Below are positions 13,016 through 26,525 of a stretch of 64,000 nt of DNA, in pieces. Within the stretch, counting starts at the first letter, position 1, and every line of letters starts with the position of its first letter. The notes beneath the pieces are model-generated. The model was not told where the DNA came from and searched no databases. It was given only the letters and a program-made list of their open reading frames with translations. The stretch is from Bispira polyomma (lineage: Eukaryota), in assembly GCA_965649765.1 (NCBI GenBank), contig OZ287752.1:60574001-60638000 (forward strand), read 5' to 3'. Both the position numbers and the translations under genes were made by a program.

Positions 13016-14772
13016 TTTATTTATGCTCACACATATAAATATTTGATGATTACATAGTCAATTAAGTTTCAATAGTTTTTACTGTATTATTACATGAGTC
13101 ACTTCATTAAAGCCATTTTATACTTCAAATGTAAACTATAAAAGGTGTGGTAATGGATGGTAGAAAAGGCGTGAAAACTGTTTTCCAACTGTTTGGTGGC
13201 AACATATTAGCTACTGCTCAGAATGGGGGTTCTTGTTATACACACAATAACTTACATATAGCTATTTAGACACCATTTGCATTGATATTCTGTGGACGTC
13301 CTTATTTCTGTTGATAAAACTTTACTATCTATGATGATTTAATTTAACACAATTCTAAGTAGAAGATTAGTATTCAGTGTGTTTACATGTATAAACAGCT
13401 TTCTACCATTTTGTTCAGCAGTCATAGCACTAATGACTCCCATCTTCTCACTGTATATTTGCCAACAAACACCTGTGCTCGTCATTACTCTAATTGATAA
13501 AAGATGCTTGAGAATGACCATTTCTTAGAAGCTCCAGGTTCTTTAGTCTATGACTAGGGATAGGACCTACTGACAAGATTACCACCATTCTAAGTGGCAC
13601 TAATTTGGCTCAAAAACATCTATAATGCACTTAATATAACATATTTAAATTCTTCCGACATAAATAGCTCCAGCTGGGACGTATATAGCTGTAAGACATT
13701 GGGAAGCTTGTGAAAAAGACATTCAAGAAAAGAAAATGTCTTGGATGGGTACATTATTTTTACTGTAAATAGGCAAAGGCAAACTATAGACTGTGCCACT
13801 TTAAGTGGTCCAGTAAACCATTATATATTAACCTTACCTTGAAACCAGGTCCTTTGGATCTCTAAGTCAGTGTGTATTATGTCATATCAGTATACGAATA
13901 TGATAAAATTGGTGCTGGGATACTTCATATAAGAGATATTTGGTGTTTTAGTTTTCTGACATAACTTTCTTATCTATAAATACATTTTAATGATACTTGC
14001 ACCATTGCTTCCAGAATTAAATGGTACTCATTATAAACCAAATATGCCAGTCTAGGCAAAAGAAATCTCAAAGTTTAGTTTCCGATTTCGCTATACACCA
14101 ATTGTTGGTCAATGAGTTATTTTGGCTTTCTAAGTCTATCTTACAGGTAGCTATACTGTACCTGTGTCAACACTTAAAAAATACACAAGAATTTACAATA
14201 GGTTAACTGTTTTACAAGTGGTTAACTGTTTTGGTATGCGGCACACATATGCATGTGAACGACACTTTACCCACCTGGCCACTGTGGCAGATACAGCATT
14301 TACATATCACATCTATAGCATTTCTACCAACACTCTCTTTATCTGTATACATCGAACAAACCTACTGATTACCAAGTGTTTTATATAACTACTAATTTTA
14401 TCTGGCAAACATTCACAAATAAATTATTATTTAATTTATGTTTGCAAATTTTTTCACTCTGATTTCTGTAAAAAAAAATATCATCTATTTGTTTAAATAC
14501 ATAATTGATATAATATGAAGATCGAGTTATTTTTTCAGTGAACTATGTATTAAGCAGTTAATGGTACTACTTAATATTTTGGAATATTCCTTCAAGCTAC
14601 ATATCATCACACTTTGTTTATAATTTAATGTATAACATTATCAGTAACATGACACCACACATAATTACCCACGCGAGTGATGCAATTCCAAAACGCTATA
14701 GACATTACAACACACACACATCCTAAAAACACAAAAAGGAAGTTTAAAATATGACCTGTCTATATAACTTAC

Positions 14773-14847
14773 CAGTTTGAAAGCTAAGCCAGTCTGTAGC
14801 AGGAGAAATGAGGAGATTATGCAGATGACACTGAAGTTTTCCATCAT
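14773..14847 (-). CDS. First coding exon (signal peptide) of the Ig-domain gene
   Basis: Encodes MMENFSVICIISSFLLLQTGLAFKL (hydrophobic core, G-L-A cleavage-like site), donor CTG|gtaagt phase 0. The exon extends as ATG-free 5'UTR to acceptor ttttttttacaaaccacag| at 15119. Confidence 0.85.
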
Positions 14848-16156
14848 TAGTATTTTGGTGTTCACTGTTGTTTTATACACACACACGTGCCTTGTGGTTT
14901 ATTAGAATATAGATAAAACTGGTCAGCTCTGCTCAAAATCCAGGACTGTTTGGTAGCAGGTAAACCTCTGGTTTGGGGTTTTTAAAGGCCCTTTTTACAG
15001 AAGGATACACACAGCCACTGTTTTGGTGTGGGTAGTCTCTTGCTGATGTTCAAGCTGGGTTGATCAACTGTTTCTCTGAAAATGGTGTCCCTCGTTCTTC
15101 CTTTAATGTGGTCTGCACCCTGTGGTTTGTAAAAAAAAATCAACAGATAACATTAAAGATGATGACATTCTTACTGTAAACTACTAAAAATTTATATCGA
15201 TAAAGAGAAAGTTGACGTCAGTGAATAATGCATGAACATTGTTAACAAAGTTGTCAACCTAATCTATTACCGGGCCCTATATTCTCCAAAGCAACTCAAG
15301 TTCAAATTCTAGACTTAACTGAAATTAAGTGAAACTATGGAAATAATAACATACACCCGTGGCCATTTATCTTAATAAAGCTTTCAATACTGAAGCCAAA
15401 TATATAATAAAAGATTTTCTGTATCTTTCATCTAGCCAGAGATATACGGACACATTAGAGTTGAATTTGAATCAAAACATGAAACATTTGGGAATAGGAT
15501 CACAGAAGGTTATGTATGATTTGGCGGTTACAGTGTCTGGGTATATGTCATCTAAATTTGCCCAAATATAAACAGGGAGCAAAATGTTGAAAGATTACCA
15601 CATGCCGGTTTATATAACAGCAACAGAACAGTGTTATTTTATCAAGGTTTTTTGACGTTGGTTTTCTTCCCTGCTGTGTTACAAGGGTACGTCAAACCAA
15701 CAAAATAATACAGATATACCTGTAAAATCAACAATTGTATACCAAAAGATCATTTGCTCATCCATGCACAGTTTCCGTTAATAAATGTCATATTCACACC
15801 ACAAACAAGTAAGTCTGCTTTCAATAAAGATTTATGTTATTATATAATAGCTTTGTCATAACTCTGAAACAATGCATGTATAGTTTTTTTATTGTGAGTT
15901 ATTTATGTTACATTATATAACTTTATATATTATCCTATACCCAACCATAAGTATATAAATTAATCATGTCTGTTATAAATACTGAGTATTAATAAGATAC
16001 GTTTAACACACAAATGTAAAGTGCCATGAAGCTTTAAAATAGCTTTAAATAGCCTAAGTTATAAATATGCTAAATTCCTTCTTTACATATAGATTTAAAA
16101 TATTTTCAAACAACTAAATTAAAAATTATTTTCTGAGCATAACTCACAATGCCTAC

Positions 16157-16250
16157 CAAATGTTTCCAGTTCTAAATGCTGTAATGTGCCTGTCAGTTGC
16201 AGCTTTTCAAACTCCAGTGAAATAATTTAGCCTCTTCTTTTTACCAAGTA
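16157..16250 (-). other. Putative non-coding first exon of the Ig-domain gene
   Basis: Starts about 25 bp downstream of the TATA box at TCATT (Inr-like) and is ATG-free. Ends at donor TTG|gtaggc (16157), with an alternative gtgagt donor at 16148. Confidence 0.55.
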
Positions 16251-16260
16251 ATGAAGTCTT

Positions 16261-16278
16261 CCCCCGCCTTTATATAAA
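16261..16278 (-). promoter_or_regulatory. TATA box of the distal promoter of the Ig-domain gene
   Basis: TATATAAAGGCGGGGG on the minus strand: a canonical TATAWAAR followed by a G-rich flank, then an Inr-like TCATT. Confidence 0.6.
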
Positions 16279-17411
16279 CACATGTCCAGTGGCATGTTCT
16301 CCGTGACGATATTACTGCTAACCAATCTGGGTCAAGTATTACTGATTCCTATTAGGCGTAGGCAGACTACAGGAGGATCCAAAATAGAGTCCCAGGCGAT
16401 GGGATACCTAACTTATCAAATTTCTGCTCTTAATGCCAACATCATAGTACATTTTATTGTAACCATATCTTAATGTAACTTAAAGTTAATACAAAATATA
16501 GTAACATAAGTATAATACTATTTTATGTCATAAGTTCATTATTTAATTTATACTTAATATGACTCAAGTTAAGATTACCTTAACTTACTAAGGTGGCCTT
16601 AATTTTTTTAATTTGTAAATAAAATCTAGTTTAATGTAGACATTTAACATAGAATAAACTAATATATTCCAGGTGCTATTTTCCTATGTCACAACAAGTT
16701 CAGACCTAATAAGGCAGTGGTACTTTATCATAGTAAATTGATGAAATCCTGTGGTAGAAAATACAAATTGAGGCTTTTATCTTCTTGGTACCAAATGTAC
16801 TACAATAAAGAAAATTTTCAGTAAAGTCAAGATTTTCTTCCACTTTAAATATAGATAACGTGGTTTTAAGGCACAATACTATTTTTGTTATTGTTATTGG
16901 CTATAAAATGTACATACACAATATATCTAGGAGGTCAAGAGAAGACATCTTGGATTACTATACTATGCATTCAAATTATTTACAGCGAAATATATCTCTT
17001 TGCTTGGAGAAAAAACTAGATCAAAGTAATTATTGGTGTCAATTTTTCTAAACAAATTATTTCGGGGGGATTTTTTGTTAATAACTAAGGTAAATAAGAT
17101 TTCTTGCTTCCATTTTATCACACTCGGATTTCATCTAATATTTTCCTTTAATGCTAGCGAGTCAAATTTTCGTCTGGTTAGTACTACTATTTTCCTGTTT
17201 TAATATAATTTATCTATCGGTCTAAAGTGCCACCACTAAAGTATAAATGTTATCATTTTATTACACCGAGCTGTTCACCATTTAGGATATAAAATTGGTG
17301 CAAATAGATAAGGTACCTAGAAATGTATATACTAATATCTAAAGTTATGAAATAAATATGTTATTGTCAATTTTAAAAATGATACACTTCCTACCAATCC
17401 ACCTTCGAATC

Positions 17412-17582
17412 GAATACAAAGTACTTACGCTTATCTTCAGGAGCTTACATCAACTAGCTTCATAATATTGGGGCACTGATCCAATAAGCGACAAATGCAA
17501 ATACACAGTACTTACCCTTTTCTTCAGAAGCGTACATTAACTTGCTCCAAAAGATTGGGGCACTGAACCCAATAAGCGACCA
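17412..17582. repeat. Two-copy tandem duplication, 87-bp period
   Basis: aatac.(a/c)agtacttac...attggggcactga.ccaataagcgac appears twice; acttac starts at 17423 and 17510. Confidence 0.85.
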
Positions 17583-18844
17583 ATGATGGTCAAGTCCATA
17601 TGATTTCATGTAGTTAACTATATTGAACACAGTAAAATATTGCGGTAAATATTTTATTAGATGACTAGGTTTGTTTAAAGATTAATATTTTTTATATACA
17701 GTTTAGTTTGAGGTGGGGCATAAGGTGGCTATAGATAGAGTTAAGTGAAAGTTTAAGGCAACCGTAAATTAATGGAAAAAATTAGATTAAGGTTACCATA
17801 ACTTCAGTTCTTGAACTGAGTTTAAGATTGTTTAAATTTTGAATTAATTTATAATTTGAAATTTTGAAAGTTATATGCATGAGTACATTATGTACTACCC
17901 AATATAATAACCTAATAAATTATTTCAAGAATTTAAATGAAACACAAAATAAAAATAATAATAATTTTAACACACAAAAAATAATTTCCTGTTTAAGCTC
18001 CATATTTTTTAGCCCTACTGTATATTAGGCACTGAATCGTTTAATCTAAATGTATCAATATTTGTACAGGTATTAATATTTTAGTTATAAAATGAGAATG
18101 ATATTTACAATATTTTAAATGAAAACAAAAACTTTAAAACAATATTTATTATTGTGTTTGGGGGTTTCCCTACTTTTGAGCCATACTGTATATTGTAGGC
18201 AGTCAAACATTTCATCTTTATTCTTGCTGTACTAAACCACTTGTGGCCTTCACTTACAAACGCCTTGACTTCCTATATTTCACATTAGTTTCTCAATTAA
18301 TGTCAGTTGGATTGTATAACAAGTATTGATTCTATATGTAAAAATGCTGATTTACAACTAGTAGTAAGAAAAAGATTCACATCACTGCCATTAGTAGAAC
18401 CTACTTAAGTTTACTTTTTTTGCTTTAAATAAAAAATGTGGGGCATTTCATACTTCCATGCAATTGATGATGTAATATCTATTATTTAAGCAGAGACAAC
18501 ATTGGGGAAACCCCTTACTGAAGGTTTGCACTATTTCATCATCTCACAGGAAATGGGCGTGTACGTGTGTAAAAGCTATCAATGTGGTGATACATCTGAC
18601 AATTTTAACAACAATGCATAATCCCTTAATGTGCCTTATTGAAGGTATGCAATAGAATCGACAAACCATTAATCATTGTCACATGGCCACATGACCATCA
18701 TCAATTGAAAATGGCTTATTACATCTTTGTCTGACAGTGTTAGCCACCAATGGCCATTACGGCATAACCAGTGCTTGACCCAGGGACCTTTTGAATAATA
18801 TTACGAAAATGAACCAAAATTACATATTATGTTTGAATTTATTT

Positions 18845-19070
18845 ATTTAAATATAGTTGGGTTTTACGTCACTTTCAACAGTTTATGTTATATCACGACG
18901 GCCAGATTCAATGGTGGAACAAACTAGTACTGAAGCCACTGTAAACCACTGGCTTATAGCAGGTACCTTGAAAACAATCCCATATGATTGGACAAACAGG
19001 ATTGGAATCTACATTATTTTGAGAGACCAGTGATGGTGAAGCAGGCACTTCTAACCACTAGGCCACAGTG
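18845..19070 (-). mobile_element. tRNA-derived SINE with a CTGTTGAAAGTGACGTAAAACCCAACT tail (related copies at 28290-28395+, 36366-36530-, 50455-50530-, 51345-51465+)
   Basis: A-box TGGCCTAGTGGTTAG at the 5' end. A conserved 3' segment ccaccatt.aatctggccg...gatat.acctaa.ctgtt.aaa...acgtaaaa is shared among copies. Confidence 0.75.
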
Positions 19071-19520
19071 TTCTTTAGTAGTTCAAATGATCTTTTGATA
19101 AACAGACCAATTCCCCAAACCAGGAGGTCCAACTGGGAACCTTCTGATCACCAGAGCAACTCTCGTAACTCCTAGTCTTTTGGGGACTAACTAGAGGTTC
19201 GAGAACGATCATCTATATCCACATTTTTATCCTAGTTGTTTCTTTAGTTTAAAATCCTGTTTAGGATACATAGCGACTGTGAAGAAAGAGATGAACTCTT
19301 TGCAGGAGGTGTCAAAGTAGTTCACACATGTTATGCAATGGGTGTCAACGTGTAAGTCTTTCATACACAGTTGATCTATGGTTTACAAGTATGAATGTAT
19401 TGAGACATGTAAGAAAGCATTAACACTGCCTTTTACTGTTTTCCATTCCTAATGTTTCCCATCTACAAACACTCTGTAATGGTAAACATGTTAGTAAACA
19501 GGTATATTGTACATGTCTTA

Positions 19521-19903
19521 GCCCACATTTCCTTTAAGCCGATTTTTGTTGGCCGAATTTATCGGTCACTATTTGATAAAGTGCTTCCATCAGGTTTTTG
19601 TCAGATCCAATCTGATGTGGGCAGACATCTGTTGTACCTTCAGATGTTATCGGTCTAGGAGTGAAAAAAATCGGGAGGTCGTCTGCAAAAATTCAATTCA
19701 AAGTAAAGAAGGATACCCGTCTATAAGCTTAAATATCTGAGTCGTTTCTCAACAGATTTTGATGCATTAGAAGCATAGTAATTATAATAAAATAAGCTTT
19801 CTCACACTATTTAACCATTAATATGTAACGGATATTTAGTACATATTTGATGAAAAAAAGTGTTACATCGGCTCGTCCGGATCGGCTGAAAGGAAGCGTA
19901 GGC
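19521..19903. mobile_element. MITE, about 385 bp (copy 1)
   Basis: Terminal inverted repeats gcc(c/t)ac..ttccttt(a/c)agccgat ... atcggctgaaaggaagcgtaggc, flanked by TTA/TAA (PIF/Harbinger-like target). Confidence 0.75.
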
Positions 19904-20665
19904 TAACTGCATTATATGGCATGTAACAAAAGCCTCAAGACTGCATCTATATGGTCTTCAGTGCTCCCTATTTCTCAATTTAGTTTTTCCTAATCCCCCC
20001 CACCCCCACCCACACATACACACTCTTTAGATTTCACATTTAGGTATTCACAGACACAGGTCATTGCAATGTAGTTGCTTATCTGTATTATACAGTGTAA
20101 CAAGGCTTTAAGACTGCTTCAATGTGGCTTTTAGTGTTCTCCAATACCAGGTTCAGCTTCAACCCATCCCCCCACTCAACACACTCACTGTCTCTTTAGG
20201 GGTGTATCAATAAACCTAATGGTGTTATCTTTGATCTGCTTAGGCAGCTGGATACAGCATTTGCCCAGTATAATTGCCTTGTGCAGACCTTAAACTTAAT
20301 CTTGTACTCTATCTTATAATAAGTTAATTACCACATAAATCACAGAAACTTATTGAAAGACAACAAAAGAATTTCATTGCTATTCTTGGGGAAATGTTTT
20401 ACACAATTTTATTCTATCATTATTGAAAAAGCAATAGTCTTCTGTTACACAATTTCGCAACTTGAGTGCTGGAAATAGTATACCTACATTAGAATTATTT
20501 GCCATATGAGAAAAGTTTGTTTGCACTTGTCATGTGTATTGGCTAAATACTTCATCGCCGTCATTTCACTCTTGTCAAGCTATAGATATACATATAAAAC
20601 AATGACTAATGGTCATTCCTTTATCCCCCATCATATGATGCAATCCAGTCAAACCCATCCTATTA

Positions 20666-21056
20666 GCCTAGGCATCTTTCAGCCGATCCTTATGTCAGTA
20701 GATTTATTAAAATCCAAGCCGACATCAGTCGATGTAGCGCTACCTTTCATCCGATATGTACTAAATATTCATCTGTGAATTGGTGTCAGAATGCCTATTT
20801 TATTGCGATTATTGTGCTTTTTGTTCAATCAAAATGCGTTTAGAAATGGCTGAGATATTTAAGATTTAATAATCAGACCGACCTCCTGATGTTTTCGCTC
20901 CCTGACAGATTACATCTGATGGTAGAACAGACGTCTGCCGACATCTGATTGGATCTGATGAAAATCTGCTGAAAGAATGCAGTTCCGTATACATACAGTG
21001 ACTGAAATATCCGGCTGATGTCGGCCAACAAATATCGGCTGAAAGGAAGCCTAGGC
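20666..21056. mobile_element. MITE, about 390 bp (copy 2, inverted relative to copy 1)
   Basis: TIRs gcctaggcatctttcagccgat ... atcggctgaaaggaagcctaggc with TTA on both sides. The internal sequence is the diverged reverse complement of copy 1. Confidence 0.8.
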
Positions 21057-23318
21057 TTAGATGATGTGCTCTCTTCAACTGCCAGGAGGTTATGTTTTTA
21101 CCCCTATCAATTTGTTTGTTTTGAAGGAGTGTATACCTTCGTCAAGACAACAGGGGGCCAAATAGTGTAAAACTGATAAAGACATATGCAATTCAGTAAA
21201 ACTAATCACTTCGATAGATGTGGTATTTTGGACTTTCAGGGAGGTTATGTTTTCATCCCTGTCTATTGGTTGGTTGGTTAGCAGGATTATGGACAAATTG
21301 CTGAACCAATTCAAGAAGAATCCATTAAATGTTGCTGGAGCACATGCCTTCATCAATGAGGCACAGGACCAAAAACCTCAAAACAACTATTGAACCAATT
21401 TAGACCAAACTTGGTAAAAGGCAAGGGCATGGGCCAATAAAGAGTAGATAAACTTTTGGTGGAGTGCATATCGCCGCCTGAGAGGCATGGGCCCAAAAAA
21501 AAGCCTATTAAAGTGTCAAAGCCAAAAGGTGAATAAGTGGTTTTATTTTTGGACACTGTTGCACCTGACTGAGTTGTATGTGTTCTACAGAGTGCTCTTC
21601 TAGTTGGAACTGTTAACAGCAACAAAAATTGATACTTTGAATAATATTCCACTTTAGAGGCTCCTTATATTGAGAAAATCATCTATGCAATTCCCTCTGG
21701 TTAGTTTCAGTACTCATAAAACTTTGGACCATTTATGGTGGGGGGCAATGACGACTGTGCTGATACCATGTACCATGGGTTTATGATGATTAAGGTTCAT
21801 TGACCTCTAAATTAGACAAATGATTTATAGCAAATCTCTTAAAAGAGATCAGCACTTCAAAATATATATTGCTGTGATACTACTGGGTTGTAAGATATCA
21901 TTAAACATATTTTGGCTAACAATTTTGAGGGCTCCCAACAGCACCTCAAACATAATTAATGTGGACTCCACACTATGGCGGTATGGAAAGGCGGTAAGAG
22001 AAGAAGTTATGAAAATCGTAAATACGAATATGCTCTAAACAAAGACATATAAGCTCCAGAGGTGAAGCTTAAGTTTCTGTTTAATGTGAATACACTATAC
22101 AAGTGAACGTTTAAGCTGGAGAAAAAATGTTCAACTAATTTACAAGGTTTAAGAGGTTCAATAGAATTAATTAAAAATATTTTGTAAATTTTTTGGTTAA
22201 AAGATTAATACCAATTTTAATTTTCATTGGGAATCAATTTTTACTATAAAGCTCACTAGCTAAATTAGCTACAATGACATTGTGGTGACAAATTCCATTT
22301 CTATAGTAGTTTAGACTCTAGACCCCCAATGACTGCTAGATATTCAATGTGTGTCCTGTAACAAGTTCTACTGGCCTAGTTAGCAACTGGCGTGATGTAG
22401 TTCAATTAAGTCAGGGTGCAGTTTTTATGGTACAGTGACTGGCTTTATTTTTTCTGGCCTACTTTAGAGAAATATATGCAATGGAGTTTTTATTTGACTG
22501 AATATTTTTGTTTTACAAAATGATCAATTGCAAGCCATTTCAAGTACATTTAACTGCTCAAATAATAGGTTCGTGAATAAAATTCTAAGAAACAATTAGG
22601 CAATCAAACAGATCATTTTTAATGGTCTGGAAATGAAAGGAAATATATCCATCTATGGCATGAATTTGGTTTAGCTCTAAAATGGTTTGGGGTGTTTTAC
22701 ACAGAATTGTCATTAGATTTGAATCTGTTATTATATCACTTTTTTATGAATAACTAAAAAAATATTTAACCATCATTAAACTAAATACAAATACATGTAT
22801 CTCTATCAAATACAAATACACCTTTACATATTACTGTACAAATTACTGTGTAACCCAGATTATACTATGTGTGCTAACATCTATGGAGTCACCAAGTGGA
22901 TTGTGGGCTTTCACCACATTTTGTTGGTTTTGTTTTTGACGTGAACTGTCACACCACTCTTCAGTTTTGTCAAATGGTAGAAGACAGTCAATACAGAAAA
23001 TGAGATTATATGTGCAAAACAACTTGCTGTAAACAACCAAACAGACGTCATATAATGTCTAATAGTTTTATACAAGCTGTAAAACAAAACACATGTTAAT
23101 TGTCACTACCCCAAAAATTGTGTACTAGAACTCCAATATATTATATTTTTTCTGAATTATCCAAGTAGGCTACACTTAGAGGAAGTTAACTGTTGTAAAG
23201 AAAGAAAGTAGATAAACCAGTAGTGACAGACGGGACCAAGCCATGGATGCTTAAAGCCAAAACATCAGCACTTAGCACACTAATAGAAGTCAATAGAAAG
23301 AGACACTTACAACTGTAG

Positions 23319-24297
23319 ACCTTAATGGTGGTGGATTGCACTGGCTCAGTCTAAAAGTAATATAGACCTTAATGGTGGTGGATGGCACTGACCCAGTCTA
23401 AAAGTAATATATACCTTAATGGTGGTAAATGACACTGACCTAGTCTATAAGTAAAATAGATTTTAATGGTGGTGAATGACACTGACCCAGTCTATAAGTA
23501 AAATAGACCTTAATGGTGGTGGATGGCACTGACCTAGTCTATAAGTAAAATAGACCTTAATGGTGGTGGATGGCACTGACCCAGTCAATAAGTAATATAG
23601 ACATTAATGGTGGTGAATGGCACTGACCCAGCCTATAAGTAAAATAGACCTTAATGGTGGTGGATGGCACTGACCTAGTCTAAAGGTAAAATGTACCTTA
23701 ATGGTGGTGGATGGCACTGACCTAGTCTAAAGGTAAAATGTACCTTAATGGTGGTGGATGGCACTGACCCAGTCTAAAGGTAAAATGTACCTTAATGGTG
23801 GTGGATGGCACTGACCTAGTCTATAAGTAAAATAGACCTTAATGGTGGTGGATGGCACTGACCCAGTCAATACGTAATATAGACCTTAATGGTGGTAAAT
23901 GACACTGACCTAGTCTATAAGTAAAATAGACCTTAATGGTGATGAATGACACTGACCCAGTCTATAAGTAATATAGACATTAACGGTGGTGAATGACACT
24001 GACCCAGTCTATAAGTAAAATAGACCTTAATGGTGGTGGATGGCACTGACCCAATCTAAAAGTAATATAGACATTAATGCTGGTGGGTGGCACTGACCCA
24101 GTCTATAAGTAATATAGACAGTAATGCTAGTGGGTGGCACTGGCCCAGCCTATAAGTAAAATAGACCTTAATGGTGGTCGATGGCACTGACCCAGTCTAA
24201 AAGTAAAATAGACATTAATGGTGATGAATAGCACTGACCCAGTCTACAAGTAAAATAAACCTTAATGGTGGTTGGTGGCACTGGCCCAATGTATAAA
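23319..24297. repeat. 47-bp minisatellite, about 21 copies, with a degenerate tail to about 24560
   Basis: Unit ACCTTAATGGTGGTGGATGGCACTGACC(C/T)AGTCTATAAGTAAAATAG; unit starts at 23319, 23366 ... 24259 (20 x 47). Confidence 0.97.
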
Positions 24298-26525
24298 GGA
24301 TTGTGATTTTAAAATGACCACTATCACTGAACCAGTCCATGTAGCCTTAAAGTGATCAGGTGGATGTCACAAACCTAGTCGAAGTGGATTTGATCTTAAA
24401 CTGATCTAATGAGTATCACTGATCTAGTCTTTAATAGCCTTAAAATCATCAGCTTGTCTTTAAATCATCACTTGAATAGCACTGACCCAGTTAAGCTTGA
24501 GATTTAAATACCTTAAGATCATCAGTTGGTTTACACAGACTCAGCATGTAAGTGATTTTTGGCCTTTTTTTAAAGTGGAGCATTATTAATTGACTCTGTG
24601 TCAATGTATTTAGTCTACATTTATCAGAGAGGATGGGCCCATTAGCCCTTGGCAGTCATTGTAACATACTAAATAATGAAGTATATTTGTTTAACAGATA
24701 ACCCAAAGGGTGCTGACCCGATACTTTTAGCAGCTCAGGGCCAGTCAAAATGTGTTACACTTATTTAACAATGGGATTTTTTCCCCTGTCGGTTTTTCTT
24801 CAGGAAAATTGATCAAAGGAAAAAAGGTGTGTCACTAACATTTTAATCTATGTATGATGGTTTCCTTATCATAGATTTTGTAATGGACTTCCTGCCAAGA
24901 GTTCTAAAACTGCTGTAGTTTTTTTGGAGTTAAGTACACAAAATATTTTATAATGGATTAGACCAGACACAGCAATAATGCAGAGGTCAATGGTTTTATT
25001 CGACTAATGTAAAAAGCTTCTTAGTCCATAAAGATAAATAACAGCCATAAAAGTCATAGATTATCTTTGAAAAAAAATACCAGATATAAATGTCAGCTTT
25101 TTGAGTTGCAATCAGATGAGGGGGGTATTGTGTAATACAAACATATAACATATGTAGTTATAAAAGTCAGATAATGTTAATGGAATATGAATCCAGTTAA
25201 TTTTTACCACTGCCTCCTCTCAAATCCATATCACCTGTGTGTATTAAAATACTTATACTTCATGGATACATGTTAAATCTACATATATGGCATAGCTCTA
25301 TATTATGCCCCAAATGTGCAATAGGCTCCCCATATAAACATGCTTTACACTAACAATGATTTCCTGAGTCTGCTATATAGGTCATACAAAATGTTGTAGT
25401 TAAAGACATAGATGATTATTCTCAATAAAATAGAATAGCATAGAAACTATGTATAATCAATAGATTTAACTCAAGTCTAGCCAACAATTGAAGGGTATTT
25501 TTTAATCCTTTTTATACAAGGTATTATTCATAAGTATTCTTGACACCCTTTTGTCCTTGGGGAAGTTTACCAGTAGGCTATGTCAGTGAACTGCTGGGTA
25601 ATCCTGCCAATTAACTGCAGATCTTGTAAGATACTGGGGAGCTGTACAAAATGTCTACCTGACCTTGTAAAAGCTCTAGCAAATCTTCTGTCAAGTTATG
25701 ATCAAGAGCCTTTTGATGATCGTAAACCTATAGGTTACATCACTTAAGTCAATGGTAATGATATTAATATATATCAACAGTGATGAACATGGTTGCCACA
25801 CCTAAAAAAGGAAAGGCATGTAGTTTAAGTACATGCTTAATAGCTACTGGGTTTCAACCCATTGTTGTCGCTCACAAAGGTGGTGACATGAACCATTCTA
25901 ATAGGGACCAGTGGGAGACTAGAGATAGCAGAAAAGACACTCAGTATTGTGGGTGGTGACAAAATACTAATTAGGCAACAGGGACGATATTCTACTGAGA
26001 AACTTCAGCATAAACTCACAGAGAATGTTAGCTGTAATATTCACTGTACATTACAATAACCTATACTTGTAACCATTCATTTTAATAGAGCTTTTAGCAC
26101 TGAATTCAAATATGTGGTCACATTTGACCTAAGTTTATACTAGCCAGAGATATGTGTAACACAGATTCTATACTAAGATGTTTGGCCACTATGGCCCCAG
26201 TTGTGAGAGAAAGCTAGTGTTTATAATGTGTGTTGGTCAATCCCAGAGGTAATTAGCTGACCGATGAGAAACCAACAACAGAGGGTCTCCCAGCAAGGGT
26301 GTCATGTTGCCAGACACGAGTTGCTTTATGGACTGACTTCAATAACGGTGTGTTTTTGTGAGTAAAAAACAATAACATCACCACTCGTGACTTCATGCTT
26401 CATCAAGTTTTGTTTCATGTAAAAGTTGTTGCTGTTTTTTCAGAAAGTCGACATTTTATAACAATATGGATGTTCTTTAAACCCATAGCCGATGTTATGA
26501 AATCACTGTTATATAATTATATGGC

